Notes: a model not told the origin generated them from the sequence alone. DNA of 64,000 bases from an archaeon (GCA_021107855.1 JAIORZ010000011.1:7686-71685); one strand, 5' to 3'. Positions 55,214-64,000 are shown, counted from the first letter of the stretch. Program-made: numbers and translations.

Positions 55214-55256
55214 ATAGCGAAGAAGCTTTTCATATTTAAAAATCTTTAGGAAAAAA

Positions 55257-56384
55257 TCACAATCCCAATTTCTCAATCAGTTTTTCTTTATCAAAAATTT
55301 CCAAATCCTTATATTTTTGACCGGTTCCCAAAAACAAAATTGGTTTGCCTGTGACGTGTGCCACTGAGAGTGCGGTTCCGCCTTTTTCGTCTACGTCAGC
55401 TTTTGAGAGGATTATTCCGGTTAGTCCGATTGAGTCGTTGAAGGCTTTTGCTTGGAGGGTTGCGTCGTTCCCTGTGATTGATTCGCCTAGGAAGATTTTC
55501 ATGTCAGGTTTTGTGATGCGGGATATTTTTTCGATTTCTTTCATTAGGGAGTCGCGGTTTTGCATTCGTCCTGCGGTGTCGATTAGGACTACGTCGATTT
55601 TGTTTTTGGCTGCGTGTTTTATTGCTTCGAATCCGACTGAGGCTGGGTCTGCTCCGTAGTCTTTCTTGATGATTGGGACTTTGAGTTTGTTCGCGTGTTC
55701 TTCTAGTTGTTGGATTGCGGCTGCTCGGAATGTGTCGGCGGCGGCTAGGCAGACAGAGAGCTTGTTTTGTTTGAGGTAGTGTGCCATTTTTGCGATTGTT
55801 GTTGTTTTGCCTGAGCCGTTGATTCCGGAGAATAGGATTACGAAAGGTTTTGATTCGGAGTTTTTTATTTCTTGGAGGAAGTTTGGTGGATTGATTAGGA
55901 GGGATTGGATTGAGGTTTTTAGTTCGTTGGATAGGTCGAGGTTTTTTGTTGGTTTTCCGATTAGGGATTCTTTTAGGGATTGTTCTATTGCTTCGACTGT
56001 TTCGTAAGCGACGTTGTTTTGGAGGAGGATTAGTTGGAGTTCTTGGAAGAGGTCGTCGAATTTTTCTTGGTCTAGGGTTTTTTGGAACTTGGAGAGGAAG
56101 GATTTTTTTTGTTTTGGGACTTCTACGGGGGTTTCTTCTTTTATCTCAGGTTCTTCTTTTCTTTCTTCTTTTTTGAATTTTGAGAAGAATGATTTCTTTT
56201 CTTTTGGCTCTTCTGGTTCTTTAGTTATTTCTTTTATTTTTTTCGATTTCTTTTTCGATTCTTTTTTAGCTGGCTTCTTTGTTTTTTTCTTTGTTGGTTT
56301 TTTTATGGGTTTCTCTATGACTTCTTCTGGTTCTTCATTTTTTGTAACCCATTTTTTGAGCTTTTCTTTTAGTGAGCCGAACAT
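55257..56384 (-). CDS. ftsY: SRP receptor FtsY
   Basis: MFGSLKEKL, GINGSGKTT, DTFRAAA, DTAGR, SKAD, GTGQ. Confidence 0.96.
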   Translation of the reverse strand: MFGSLKEKLKKWVTKNEEPEEVIEKPIKKPTKKKTKKPAKKESKKKSKKIKEITKEPEEPKEKKSFFSKFKKEERKEEPEIKEETPVEVPKQKKSFLSKFQKTLDQEKFDDLFQELQLILLQNNVAYETVEAIEQSLKESLIGKPTKNLDLSNELKTSIQSLLINPPNFLQEIKNSESKPFVILFSGINGSGKTTTIAKMAHYLKQNKLSVCLAAADTFRAAAIQQLEEHANKLKVPIIKKDYGADPASVGFEAIKHAAKNKIDVVLIDTAGRMQNRDSLMKEIEKISRITKPDMKIFLGESITGNDATLQAKAFNDSIGLTGIILSKADVDEKGGTALSVAHVTGKPILFLGTGQKYKDLEIFDKEKLIEKLGL

Positions 56385-56469
56385 GGAAGGTCGAGGGTGT
56401 GGGGTTTTAAATTTGTTTGGGAAAGTGGGGTATAACAATTGTTTTAAAGAGGAAAGGGGTTTTTGTTTT

Positions 56470-57027
56470 ATGTTGACGTTTAGTGATATTTATGAGGCTA
56501 TGAGGAAGGAAAAGTATAGTGAGAATTTGCAGATTTTGTTGCGGAATTTTTTGGTCGAGGTGAGTGGTTATTTTGCTGAGAAGAAGGAGTTTTTGAATCG
56601 TGAGGATGATTTGTTTTCGGATGTTGCAATTAAGGGGAAGAAGAAGTTGGATAATGCGGTTTCGAGTTTTAGGGATTTGTTGAGAATTCGGAAGAAGAAG
56701 ATTTTGAATTTGGCGTTTGTCGCGTCGCAGGTTGGGATTTCTAAGAAAGATTTTGAGAATTTGTTGGGGTTTGAGAAGGATTTGTTTGAGGAGTTGGTGA
56801 GGGCGTTGGAGAGGGCGGAGAAGAATCAGGTTGGGGAGATGAATGGTGGTGGGAAGGAGAAGGAATGTCGGCATCGATTGGTTCGATTTTTGGATGATTT
56901 GCCAGAGTTTTTGAATGCTGAGGGTAATCCGATTGGGCCGTTTGCGAAGGGTGAGGTTGCGAATTTGGAGTGTGAGATTGTTCCTGTTTTGGAGGGCGAT
57001 AAAAAAATTGAAATTATTGATTATTAA
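56470..57027 (+). CDS. GINS complex subunit (Gins51-like)
   Basis: R.EK...LQ.L...F, R.RKKKILNLA, C-terminal B domain GPF.KGEVANL. Confidence 0.72.
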   Translation: MLTFSDIYEAMRKEKYSENLQILLRNFLVEVSGYFAEKKEFLNREDDLFSDVAIKGKKKLDNAVSSFRDLLRIRKKKILNLAFVASQVGISKKDFENLLGFEKDLFEELVRALERAEKNQVGEMNGGGKEKECRHRLVRFLDDLPEFLNAEGNPIGPFAKGEVANLECEIVPVLEGDKKIEIIDY

Positions 57028-57122
57028 TTCTTACTGCTTTATACTTCGTTGAAAGAACACTCGCGTACGCTTGTACGCCACGCAACCTTTCGCCTTGCCT
57101 AAACCTAGTAAGAATTAATAAT
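57020..57122. repeat. dispersed 103-nt palindromic repeat family B, copy 2
   Basis: Perfect 16-bp terminal IR ATTATTAATTCTTACT/AGTAAGAATTAATAAT; interior homologous to 15560-15662. Confidence 0.85.
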
Positions 57123-57186
57123 TTTTTGGAGGGTTGTTTTTTGAGCGTCGGAAAACTTAAAAATGGTTTTGTTGGTTAACTGTTAT

Positions 57187-57258
57187 GCCTGCGTAGCTCA
57201 GTGATAGAGCATCTGTCTTGTAAACAGAGGGTCGAGGGTTTGACTCCCTTCGCAGGCT
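57187..57258 (+). tRNA. tRNA-Thr(UGU)
   Basis: GCCTGCG/CGCAGGC acceptor, TCTGT-CTTGTAA-ACAGA anticodon arm. Confidence 0.92.
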
Positions 57259-57306
57259 TTGGTCGTCGAACCAAACATTTAAAACAAGATAAAAGGATAA
57301 AATAAT

Positions 57307-57501
57307 ATGCCAGGAAAAAATAAGCCGAAGCGACTTGATAGGAACCGAGCTTGGAGAGTTGCGCGACGGAAGAAGAGAGTTGCGAAGTTGGTTAATGGGA
57401 ATTCTAGGAATAGGAAGCCGAGGGCGAAGAATAAAGGGAAGATTGTTGTTGAAAAAGTTGAAAAGAAAACAGTGAAGAAAGTTATTAAGAAAAAAGAATA
57501 A
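57307..57501 (+). CDS. small, highly basic protein
   Basis: 64 aa, K/R-rich; TTTAAAA box about 25 nt upstream. Confidence 0.65.
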   Translation: MPGKNKPKRLDRNRAWRVARRKKRVAKLVNGNSRNRKPRAKNKGKIVVEKVEKKTVKKVIKKKE

Positions 57502-57516
57502 TTTTAAGTTGATTTT

Positions 57517-58011
57517 TTAAAATACGTGATGTTCGTCGGCTCTTTTGTAATCGCATAATTCGTCTATGGAGAACCAGAGGGCTATTTCGTGTTTTGCGTC
57601 GAATTCATCTGCTGATGCGTGGATTATATTTCTTACTGGAATTTCTTTTGCATCTGCGTGAGAGAAGCTGACATGAGAGAAGTCTCCTCGTATTGTTCCT
57701 GGTAGTGCGGATTTGGATTCTGTTGCCCCGGTGATTTTTCTGATGTTTTCTATTGCGTCGACTCCTTCGATAATCATTGCTACGACTGGTCCTTCCGTTA
57801 TAAAATCAAGGAGCATGCTTCTGACTTTTTCTCCGCGTCTTTCTGTGATGTCTTCGGTGTAGTGTTGTTTTGCGTGGTCCATGTTTACTCGAACTAATTT
57901 TAATGCAACTAGTTTTAGTCCTCGTTGTTCGAATCGTTTGATTATTTCTCCGGTCAATCCTCTTGCTACTCCGTCAGGTTTTATTAGAACTAGTGTTTGT
58001 TGTAGTACCAT
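57517..58011 (-). CDS. ndk: nucleoside diphosphate kinase
   Basis: IKPDG, HY, GPV, PGTIRGDF, NIIHAS. Confidence 0.96.
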   Translation of the reverse strand: MVLQQTLVLIKPDGVARGLTGEIIKRFEQRGLKLVALKLVRVNMDHAKQHYTEDITERRGEKVRSMLLDFITEGPVVAMIIEGVDAIENIRKITGATESKSALPGTIRGDFSHVSFSHADAKEIPVRNIIHASADEFDAKHEIALWFSIDELCDYKRADEHHVF

Positions 58012-58649
58012 TATTCTTTTTTTACCTCTTCTTCTTTTTCTGATTCAATTTCTTCTTCCGGTTCAATTTCTTGGATGTCTTCAATTTCTGGTTCTGGTAG
58101 TGCGATTGCTTTTTCCATATCTATTTTTTGTAGTTCTTTCGTTTCGAATACTCTAATGTCGCAGAAGGATAATGGGTAGACTTTTTTGAGTTTTGGGAGG
58201 AGTGTTTTTTGGAAGGTTCCGCTTAGGATTTCTTCTGCTAGTTCTACGAATGTTTTTTCTTTTGCGTATTCTGTTATGAATTCTTTGCAGGTGTTCCGGA
58301 GGTTTTTTCTGACTACGCGGGATACTTTTTTTCGCGTTATTAGGTGTGGTTTGAATGTCGCTCGGATGTCGGCGCATCGGGCCATGAATGAGTCTTCTAC
58401 GTAGTTTGTTCTTTTTCGCATCATTCTTCTGATGTAGGAGGTTGCTAGTGTTAGGCTGTTTGGGATTCCGTAGAGGGTTTCTTTTTGGTTGAATATTCTT
58501 AGTTTGAGAGTTAGTCCTTTGCCGTGGAGTTTCCGCGTTAGGTCGAGGCTGATTGTTTTGTTGTGGAGTTCTTGAGGTGTTCCGAGGATTCGTAGATTTT
58601 CGTTTAAGAATGGGACTTGCACTTCGATGTATTTCTTTCTTTCTGCCAT
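58011..58649 (-). CDS. rps3ae: 30S ribosomal protein S3Ae (eS1)
   Basis: SYIRRMMRKRTNYVED, LKKVYPL. Confidence 0.85.
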   Translation of the reverse strand: MAERKKYIEVQVPFLNENLRILGTPQELHNKTISLDLTRKLHGKGLTLKLRIFNQKETLYGIPNSLTLATSYIRRMMRKRTNYVEDSFMARCADIRATFKPHLITRKKVSRVVRKNLRNTCKEFITEYAKEKTFVELAEEILSGTFQKTLLPKLKKVYPLSFCDIRVFETKELQKIDMEKAIALPEPEIEDIQEIEPEEEIESEKEEEVKKE

Positions 58650-58951
58650 TATTCTAATACTAATTTACTTGTTCGCTTACCTTTCTTTTGGTCTTTGCCT
58701 TTGCCGCAGACCGTGCAGGTGTAGACGATAGCTGTTTTTTTAGTTGTTTTACGTTGACCTTTTGCTTGGTTTTTCATACGGGAGAAACGTCCTAGGTTTC
58801 CGATTCCTCGGTTTAGTCCTCGAAGTTTCGCTCTTTGTTTCGCTCCTCGTTTCAATGTGGAAGGTCTTCCAGTACTTTGTTGTTTTACTTTTTGCTCTGT
58901 TTTCTTTTTGCAAGAAGGGCAGTATCTTTGGATTTTCTTTGGTTTTTTCAT
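58649..58951 (-). CDS. rpl44e: 50S ribosomal protein L44e (eL42)
   Basis: PKK..RYCPSC, GN.GRFS, KTTKK....YTCTVCGK. Confidence 0.92.
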   Translation of the reverse strand: MKKPKKIQRYCPSCKKKTEQKVKQQSTGRPSTLKRGAKQRAKLRGLNRGIGNLGRFSRMKNQAKGQRKTTKKTAIVYTCTVCGKGKDQKKGKRTSKLVLE

Positions 58952-59038
58952 GGTATTAGTTTTGAAATTTTGTTTTTAAAGTTTTGGGTGGGATGGTCCC
59001 GTAGTTGTTTTTATAAAGGTTGGAGTGTTGTTTTTATT

Positions 59039-59320
59039 ATGAGGATTCGGTTTAAGAAGGGTGGACAGAGAGTGTTTTTGGATTTGGTGATTGAGAAGTT
59101 AAGGGCGCCGTCGCTTAGAGGGTTGTTGCAGTTTGGGTTTGATGTGAGGTATTCGACGTTGAAGAATTATTATGTTGGGGTTCGGTTGATGCCGAAGGGA
59201 TTGGTTTTGGATTTTTGTGAGGTGGCTGGGATTAAGTTTGAGGGATTGGGGGTTGAGGAGGTTGAGGAGAATTGGGGGAGGGTGAAGGGGGGAAAGGTTT
59301 CTAAAATTGCATTGTCATAA
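59039..59320 (+). CDS. small putative HTH DNA-binding protein
   Basis: YSTLKNYY...RLMP, NWGRVKGG; TTTATAAA box upstream. Confidence 0.6.
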   Translation: MRIRFKKGGQRVFLDLVIEKLRAPSLRGLLQFGFDVRYSTLKNYYVGVRLMPKGLVLDFCEVAGIKFEGLGVEEVEENWGRVKGGKVSKIALS

Positions 59321-59351
59321 TATATTTAAAATAAGTTTTTCTAGCTTTTTT

Positions 59352-59888
59352 ATGACAAAGAAGACTGTTAGGGAGTATGAAGAAGGAAAATTTAATGAAA
59401 TTTCTAGGTTAGACTTGGGGGGTATCCATAAGCCTACAATTTATGTTGCAAGTATTTATGGTAGAGAGGATAGGCATTTGTTCGAGTGGGGTGTTCCAGG
59501 GAGTGTTGGCGGAATAGATAAGATAAAGATAAAGGTTTCTGAGTATCTTCAAAAAAACTATGATTTAGAAAATAATGCCTTCGCAATTTTGGCGTTTCCC
59601 CATGTTACAACTTTTTTCCGTCGTAAGAGTATGTATCCCCAATCGAATTTACACACTAGTTTATGGAATACTTGTGATATGTCCCCAAATTGTGGAATAG
59701 TTAAAGGAAGGAATGAAGTTTCTGAATGCAGTATTGAATCAAGGGTTAAAGTTGTTGAGAGTGGACTCTGGTTTCCCTCTAAAAACTTAGATGATTATTA
59801 TTCTAAAGATAGAGTTGAGATTATGAAAAAAGTAGTTGATGCACTCGGGGGAGAGTTGAGATTGCATCCTGTCAATAAGTTCTCTTGA
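59352..59888 (+). CDS. hypothetical protein
   Basis: ORF with TTTAAA box upstream of ATG 59352. Confidence 0.6.
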   Translation: MTKKTVREYEEGKFNEISRLDLGGIHKPTIYVASIYGREDRHLFEWGVPGSVGGIDKIKIKVSEYLQKNYDLENNAFAILAFPHVTTFFRRKSMYPQSNLHTSLWNTCDMSPNCGIVKGRNEVSECSIESRVKVVESGLWFPSKNLDDYYSKDRVEIMKKVVDALGGELRLHPVNKFS

Positions 59889-60028
59889 AAATTTTCTGAT
59901 TCCGTCTTGTAAATCGTCGAAGCAATTTTGTGAAGTATTTTAATTTGTTCACAAAACAGCATCTCCTCCAATCGAACTAAGTTGTCCCATGTCTTGGAGA
60001 ATGAAATACCATCTTTGATGGTATAATA

Positions 60029-60099
60029 TGATCCCGCCAAGAATCGAACTTGGGCGTCATCGAAGTCAACGATGCGTTCTACCATTAGACTACGGGATC
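60029..60099 (-). tRNA. tRNA-Val(GAC)
   Basis: GATCCCG/CGGGATC acceptor, CATCG-TTGACTT-CGATG anticodon arm, GTTCGATT. Confidence 0.88.
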
Positions 60100-60200
60100 T
60101 TAGTGTTATATTGTGGGTTTTGTTTTTAAATTTTGGGACTTATGCGTTTGAATGAAATCATCAATTATATAAAGTCTGTAAGCTATTTTTTTGGTAGATT

Positions 60201-61523
60201 ATGGTAGAAGGTGAAAATGTTGGTTTTGTTCGGCCGAATGGTGGTGGTGTTCAGGTGCAGCCGGCTCAGGACGCGGGTTCTCCTATTGTGTTTGAAGAAA
60301 GTCAAACGTCTTCCCGTCGGGGTTGGATAATTGGTGGTGTTTGTTTTGTTGTTGTAATAGTAGCAGTGTTTTTGGCAGTGATTCATTTGGGCTCTATGGA
60401 GAATCTTTCTATTGAAGATATTGAAATGGGTAAAGCTATCAGCCTTGAAGCTGGTAATAAAGTTATATTTAAATTTGCCGAAGAGGATCATAGCATTAGT
60501 GTGGGTTCTGTAGGGGATTCTTCGGTTGAGATAATTATTCAAAGTGAAATTATTCGGGCTACGTTGAATGTCGGGGAGAGTAAAAGTTTTGATTTGGATG
60601 GAGATGGGGTTGATGATTTGAGTGTTAAATTGGAAAGAATAGTTGATGGTGAGCCTGTTTTGTTTGTTAAGAAGTTTGTTGCTGAGATTACTGGGGAGAA
60701 CTTGGGGGTAGAAAGTTCTGAAAATGAGACTGTGATTATATCCAATAATGAATCAAATGTAAGTGAGGTTCGGACTTGTGTGGGGGATGGGGGATATATT
60801 TGTAATAGTACTGAGGTGTGTGGAGGGAATTTGTTAAATGTTTCTGATAGTAATTTTTGTTGTGATGAGATATGTGTAGTTAAAGATGTAATTAGTGATT
60901 CTTCTGGGATACAATTAGGAATTACTCTTCCGAAAACTTCTTATGAGATTGGCGAGGTTGTATCTGGTGATTATTTCTTGAGTTATGAAGGCGAATCCTT
61001 TAAGGGAATTGTGCTTTATACTTATTCAAGGAATGAATGCAATGAAAATCAGTATGCAAAAGCCTTAGGGCTTATTAGCACGGGTAGTTTTGAGGATGGA
61101 ACATTGTCAATGTTTAAAACGGCATTTCAGGCATTTAGATATGATAAGGTTGATGGTTCTGCTGGCTATTGTAGTTATATGGGAGGAACTGATTCTTTTT
61201 ATGAAGAAGGAACCTATATTTATACACTTTCAGTTTATGATTGTTCTGTTGTTGAAAATGAGTTAGAAAAAGATTGTTCTGATGCGGATTCGGATGAACT
61301 GATGATCATTGTGCCTATAAAGTCTGTGTCTGAAGAAGTGATTGTGGCGGGAGGGGAGTCTTCGACTGAATGTGAGAATAATAATGATTGTACGGTATTA
61401 TGTGAAGGGTGTACAGGGGGAAAGCAAATATGTAGACTTCCTTCAGGGATTTGCTCTGATTGTATTTTTTCTTGCAATGATGGTTATGCCTGTGAAGAGT
61501 ATAGTTGTGTACTCTCTGAATAA
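60201..61523 (+). CDS. membrane-anchored multi-domain Cys-rich surface protein
   Basis: TM helix, DLDGDGVDDL Ca-binding-like loop, GGYIC...CC module, Cys-rich tail. Confidence 0.8.
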   Translation: MVEGENVGFVRPNGGGVQVQPAQDAGSPIVFEESQTSSRRGWIIGGVCFVVVIVAVFLAVIHLGSMENLSIEDIEMGKAISLEAGNKVIFKFAEEDHSISVGSVGDSSVEIIIQSEIIRATLNVGESKSFDLDGDGVDDLSVKLERIVDGEPVLFVKKFVAEITGENLGVESSENETVIISNNESNVSEVRTCVGDGGYICNSTEVCGGNLLNVSDSNFCCDEICVVKDVISDSSGIQLGITLPKTSYEIGEVVSGDYFLSYEGESFKGIVLYTYSRNECNENQYAKALGLISTGSFEDGTLSMFKTAFQAFRYDKVDGSAGYCSYMGGTDSFYEEGTYIYTLSVYDCSVVENELEKDCSDADSDELMIIVPIKSVSEEVIVAGGESSTECENNNDCTVLCEGCTGGKQICRLPSGICSDCIFSCNDGYACEEYSCVLSE

Positions 61524-61551
61524 TCTAAATTAGTTTTTGATATCGTTTTTC

Positions 61552-61599
61552 TTAGTAAGTAAGTTACTAATTAATTAACTAAGTAAGTTAGTTAGGAAG
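61552..61599. promoter_or_regulatory. 4-nt-period T(A/T)AN array, putative operator
   Basis: TTAG TAAG TAAG TTAC TAAT TAAT TAAC TAAG TAAG TTAG TTAG directly before TTTATAAG (61601). Confidence 0.6.
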
Positions 61600-61632
61600 T
61601 TTTATAAGTTGGATTTTCTTGGGGCTTTGAGA

Positions 61633-61755
61633 ATGAAAAAGTATTTGTTGTTAGTCGAAGATGAAGAGTTGTGGGCGAAGTTTAAGGAAAGTATAGAAAA
61701 AGATATTAATAGTGAGATTATGAAGTTAATTAAGGAGAAAGTTGATGGTAAGTAA
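61633..61755 (+). CDS. small ribbon-helix-helix-like protein (40 aa, not in ORF track)
   Basis: MKKYLLLVEDEELWAKFKESIEKDINSEIMKLIKEKVDGK: beta strand followed by two helices. Confidence 0.65.
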   Translation: MKKYLLLVEDEELWAKFKESIEKDINSEIMKLIKEKVDGK

Positions 61756-63580
61756 GAGGGCGCAGGTGACGATTTTTATTATTGTGGCGATAGTTTTGGT
61801 TGGGGGTGTTATTGCTTATTTTGCTTTCCGGGATTCTTTTGGGGTTAGTGTGCCTGAGGAGTTGAGACCGGTTTATGATTATTATATTTCGTGTTTGGAG
61901 GCTACAGTTGGGGAAGGGGTTGCTCTTCTGGGTGAGCAGGGAGGTAGGATTGACACGGGGGAGTTTATTCCGGGTTCTGCTTATATGCCGTTTAGTTCTC
62001 ATCTGGATTTTCTCGGGCAGGGGATTCCGTATTGGATGTATGTTTCTGGGAATAATTTGTTGAAGGAGAATGTTCCTACGAGGGAGGATATGGAGAGGGA
62101 GTTGGAGGTTTATATTGAGGACAGGCTTGGAGATTGCGATTTTTCGGATTTTGAATCGGCTGGATTTGATGTTTATGTTGGGGAGGGAAATGTTGCTGTT
62201 GATGTGAATGATTTGAATGTTGGTGTTGAGATTAAGAATCCTGTGACGATTTTTAAGGGGGAGTCTTCTGTTATTGTTAGTAATCATGAGTTTAGGGTTT
62301 CTAGTAAGTTGGGGAAGTTTTATGATTTGGCGAAGGAGGTTTATGATTATGAGAAGGCGAATATGTTTTTGGAGAAGTATGCGCTTGATGTTTTGAGGAT
62401 TTATGCTCCGGTTGATGGGGTTGAGGATGGTTGTTCTCCGATGATTTTTGTTGACTCGGAAATTCGTGAGGATATTATTATGGGTTTGGTTGCGAATATT
62501 GCGACGGTGAAGTTGGATGGGAGTTATTATGATTTGGGGTCGAAAAGTCGTGAGTATTTTGTTGAGGATGCTGGTTTGAATTTGGATGAGAGTGTGAATT
62601 TTATGTATTTGCCGGATTGGCCGACTCGGGTTGAGATTTATGGAGACAGGGTTGCGCGTCCGGTCGGGATGCAGGAGGGGATGGGTATTTTGGGCTTTTG
62701 TTATGTGCCGTATCATTTAGTTTATGATATTGATTTCCCTGTGTTAGTGCAGTTTTATGATGACGAGGAGTTGTTCCAGTTTCCTTTGGCGGTTATTATT
62801 TCTAAGAATCAGGCTCGTGAGGCGTTGCCAACTTATGCGGGGGAGAATATTGAATCGAAGGTTTGCGAGTTTATGAATCAGGAGGTTGATGTTTTTACTT
62901 ATGATGTTGATTTGGAGCCTGTCGAGGCGCGGATTAGTTTCAAGTGTTTGAATAGCGTTTGTAATATTGGGGAGACAAAACTTAGGGGTGGGGATGCCGT
63001 TTTGAGTGGTGATTTTCCTCAGTGTGTTAATGGGTTTATTATTGCGAGCGCCGAGGGGTATAGTGATTCTAAGTATCAGATTTCTACAAATGAAGAGACT
63101 CTGGCTAATATTCTTTTGAATAAGGAGTATGAGGTGAAGTTGGGATTGGAGGGTGTGAAGAGTGCGCTTGTGAATTTTGTTTCTGATGATTATTCGGCGA
63201 CGGTTCTTTATCCGGATATGAAGAGTGTGACGTTGGTCGAGGGTTATTATAATGTGTCGGTTTATGTTTATGATAATTCGAGTTTGAAGTTCCCAGCGAC
63301 TAATAGGCGGGAATGTGTTGATGTTCCGGAAACTGGTTTGGCGGGTTTCCTTGGTATGGAGACAGAGAAGTGTTATGATATTAATACGCCAGCGATGGAT
63401 GTTGATTTCGCGGTTGTTGGAGGTGGGAAGCAGTTTGAGTATATTACTTCTGAGGATTTGGAGAATGTTGTTAAATTAAATTTAGATGTGCCCTTGTTTG
63501 GTTTGCCGACGAGTATTGAGGAGATGTCGGCGAATTATAATAGGGTTGATGATGAGGTGGTTTTTTTAGAATTTGAATGA
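61745..63580 (+). CDS. large class III signal peptide (pilin-like) protein
   Basis: KRA|QVTIFIIVAIV signal, Cys-containing beta-rich body. Confidence 0.85.
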   Translation: MVSKRAQVTIFIIVAIVLVGGVIAYFAFRDSFGVSVPEELRPVYDYYISCLEATVGEGVALLGEQGGRIDTGEFIPGSAYMPFSSHLDFLGQGIPYWMYVSGNNLLKENVPTREDMERELEVYIEDRLGDCDFSDFESAGFDVYVGEGNVAVDVNDLNVGVEIKNPVTIFKGESSVIVSNHEFRVSSKLGKFYDLAKEVYDYEKANMFLEKYALDVLRIYAPVDGVEDGCSPMIFVDSEIREDIIMGLVANIATVKLDGSYYDLGSKSREYFVEDAGLNLDESVNFMYLPDWPTRVEIYGDRVARPVGMQEGMGILGFCYVPYHLVYDIDFPVLVQFYDDEELFQFPLAVIISKNQAREALPTYAGENIESKVCEFMNQEVDVFTYDVDLEPVEARISFKCLNSVCNIGETKLRGGDAVLSGDFPQCVNGFIIASAEGYSDSKYQISTNEETLANILLNKEYEVKLGLEGVKSALVNFVSDDYSATVLYPDMKSVTLVEGYYNVSVYVYDNSSLKFPATNRRECVDVPETGLAGFLGMETEKCYDINTPAMDVDFAVVGGGKQFEYITSEDLENVVKLNLDVPLFGLPTSIEEMSANYNRVDDEVVFLEFE

Positions 63581-64000
63581 TGAGAAGGATATTTATTTTG
63601 GCGAGTGTGTTGGTTTTGTTTTTTAGTTCGGGTGTTTTGGCGACCTTTGATAATCCGTCGAGTAATTGGCAGGCACAGCAACCGAATTTTAATACTCTTT
63701 ATTCTGGTGAAGATATAAGTAATTATTGGCCGATTTTGAAGGACATGCAGGATGGGGAATGTGCCGAGGGTACGGATTTTGTGATTGGGATTCCGCCTGG
63801 GGGATGTAGTCCGACGGTTGTTCGGAGCGATTTGTTGGCTGAGCAGAATGTGCCAGTGTTTTGTCAGTTGTATGCGATTAAAGTGAATCCGTTGATTAAG
63901 GTTTCTGCGATTAAGTCGATTTCGTTTAAGGGGGACTATCCCGAGGGTGTTCGGAGCGTTGTGTTTCATCCGGCTAGGGCGGCGGTTAAGTCTTATTCGA
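63577..64000 (+). CDS. secreted protein, 3' truncated by window (not in ORF track)
   Basis: MMRRIFILASVLVLFFSSGVLA...GCSPTVVRSDLLAEQNVPVFCQL; ATGA overlap; frame open to the window end. Confidence 0.8.
   Translation, partial: MMRRIFILASVLVLFFSSGVLATFDNPSSNWQAQQPNFNTLYSGEDISNYWPILKDMQDGECAEGTDFVIGIPPGGCSPTVVRSDLLAEQNVPVFCQLYAIKVNPLIKVSAIKSISFKGDYPEGVRSVVFHPARAAVKSYS

Noticed and set aside
56014..56469. Phe/Ser-rich N-terminal half of the 337-aa ORF
   Set aside because: Antisense to the Lys/Glu-rich FtsY N-terminus; the GINS-like gene starts at 56470
59798..60085. 95-aa minus-strand ORF
   Set aside because: Starts inside tRNA-Val and overlaps the convergent gene; no recognisable motifs

Overview
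Gene-dense chromosomal segment of an archaeon with a reduced genome. It is most likely a DPANN/Nanobdellota organism of the Pacearchaeota type; this is inferred from the archaeal core genes, the many class III signal-peptide proteins and the leaderless TATA promoters. Core genes include PolD (DP1 partial, DP2), RadA, RPA, GINS, split Hef, RecJ-like DHH protein, UDG, aIF2-alpha, aEF-1beta, Nop10, S15, S27e, S3Ae, L44e, SRP54, FtsY, Bud32, Dph6, PyrG, Ndk, PpaC and three tRNAs (Gln-UUG, Thr-UGU, Val-GAC). The + strand is strongly G/T-rich whichever way the genes point. Highlights: (1) an intact bacterial-type DnaE (family C polymerase) with an archaeal promoter just downstream of the PolD operon, whose DP1 proofreading motifs are degenerate. 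(2) A Tad/type IV pilus locus with ten pilin-like genes, one carrying a lysozyme/lytic-transglycosylase-like domain. (3) Two dispersed structured mini-element families, one sitting at start codons and carrying a conserved mini-ORF, the other 103 nt long and sitting at stop codons with co-varying arms. (4) An ArmA/RmtB-like rRNA methyltransferase. (5) A paralogous secreted family with a conserved N-terminus and variable Cys-rich C-termini. (6) A small RHH-like gene with a 4-nt-period operator array. All family assignments come from motif recognition by eye; no searches were run.
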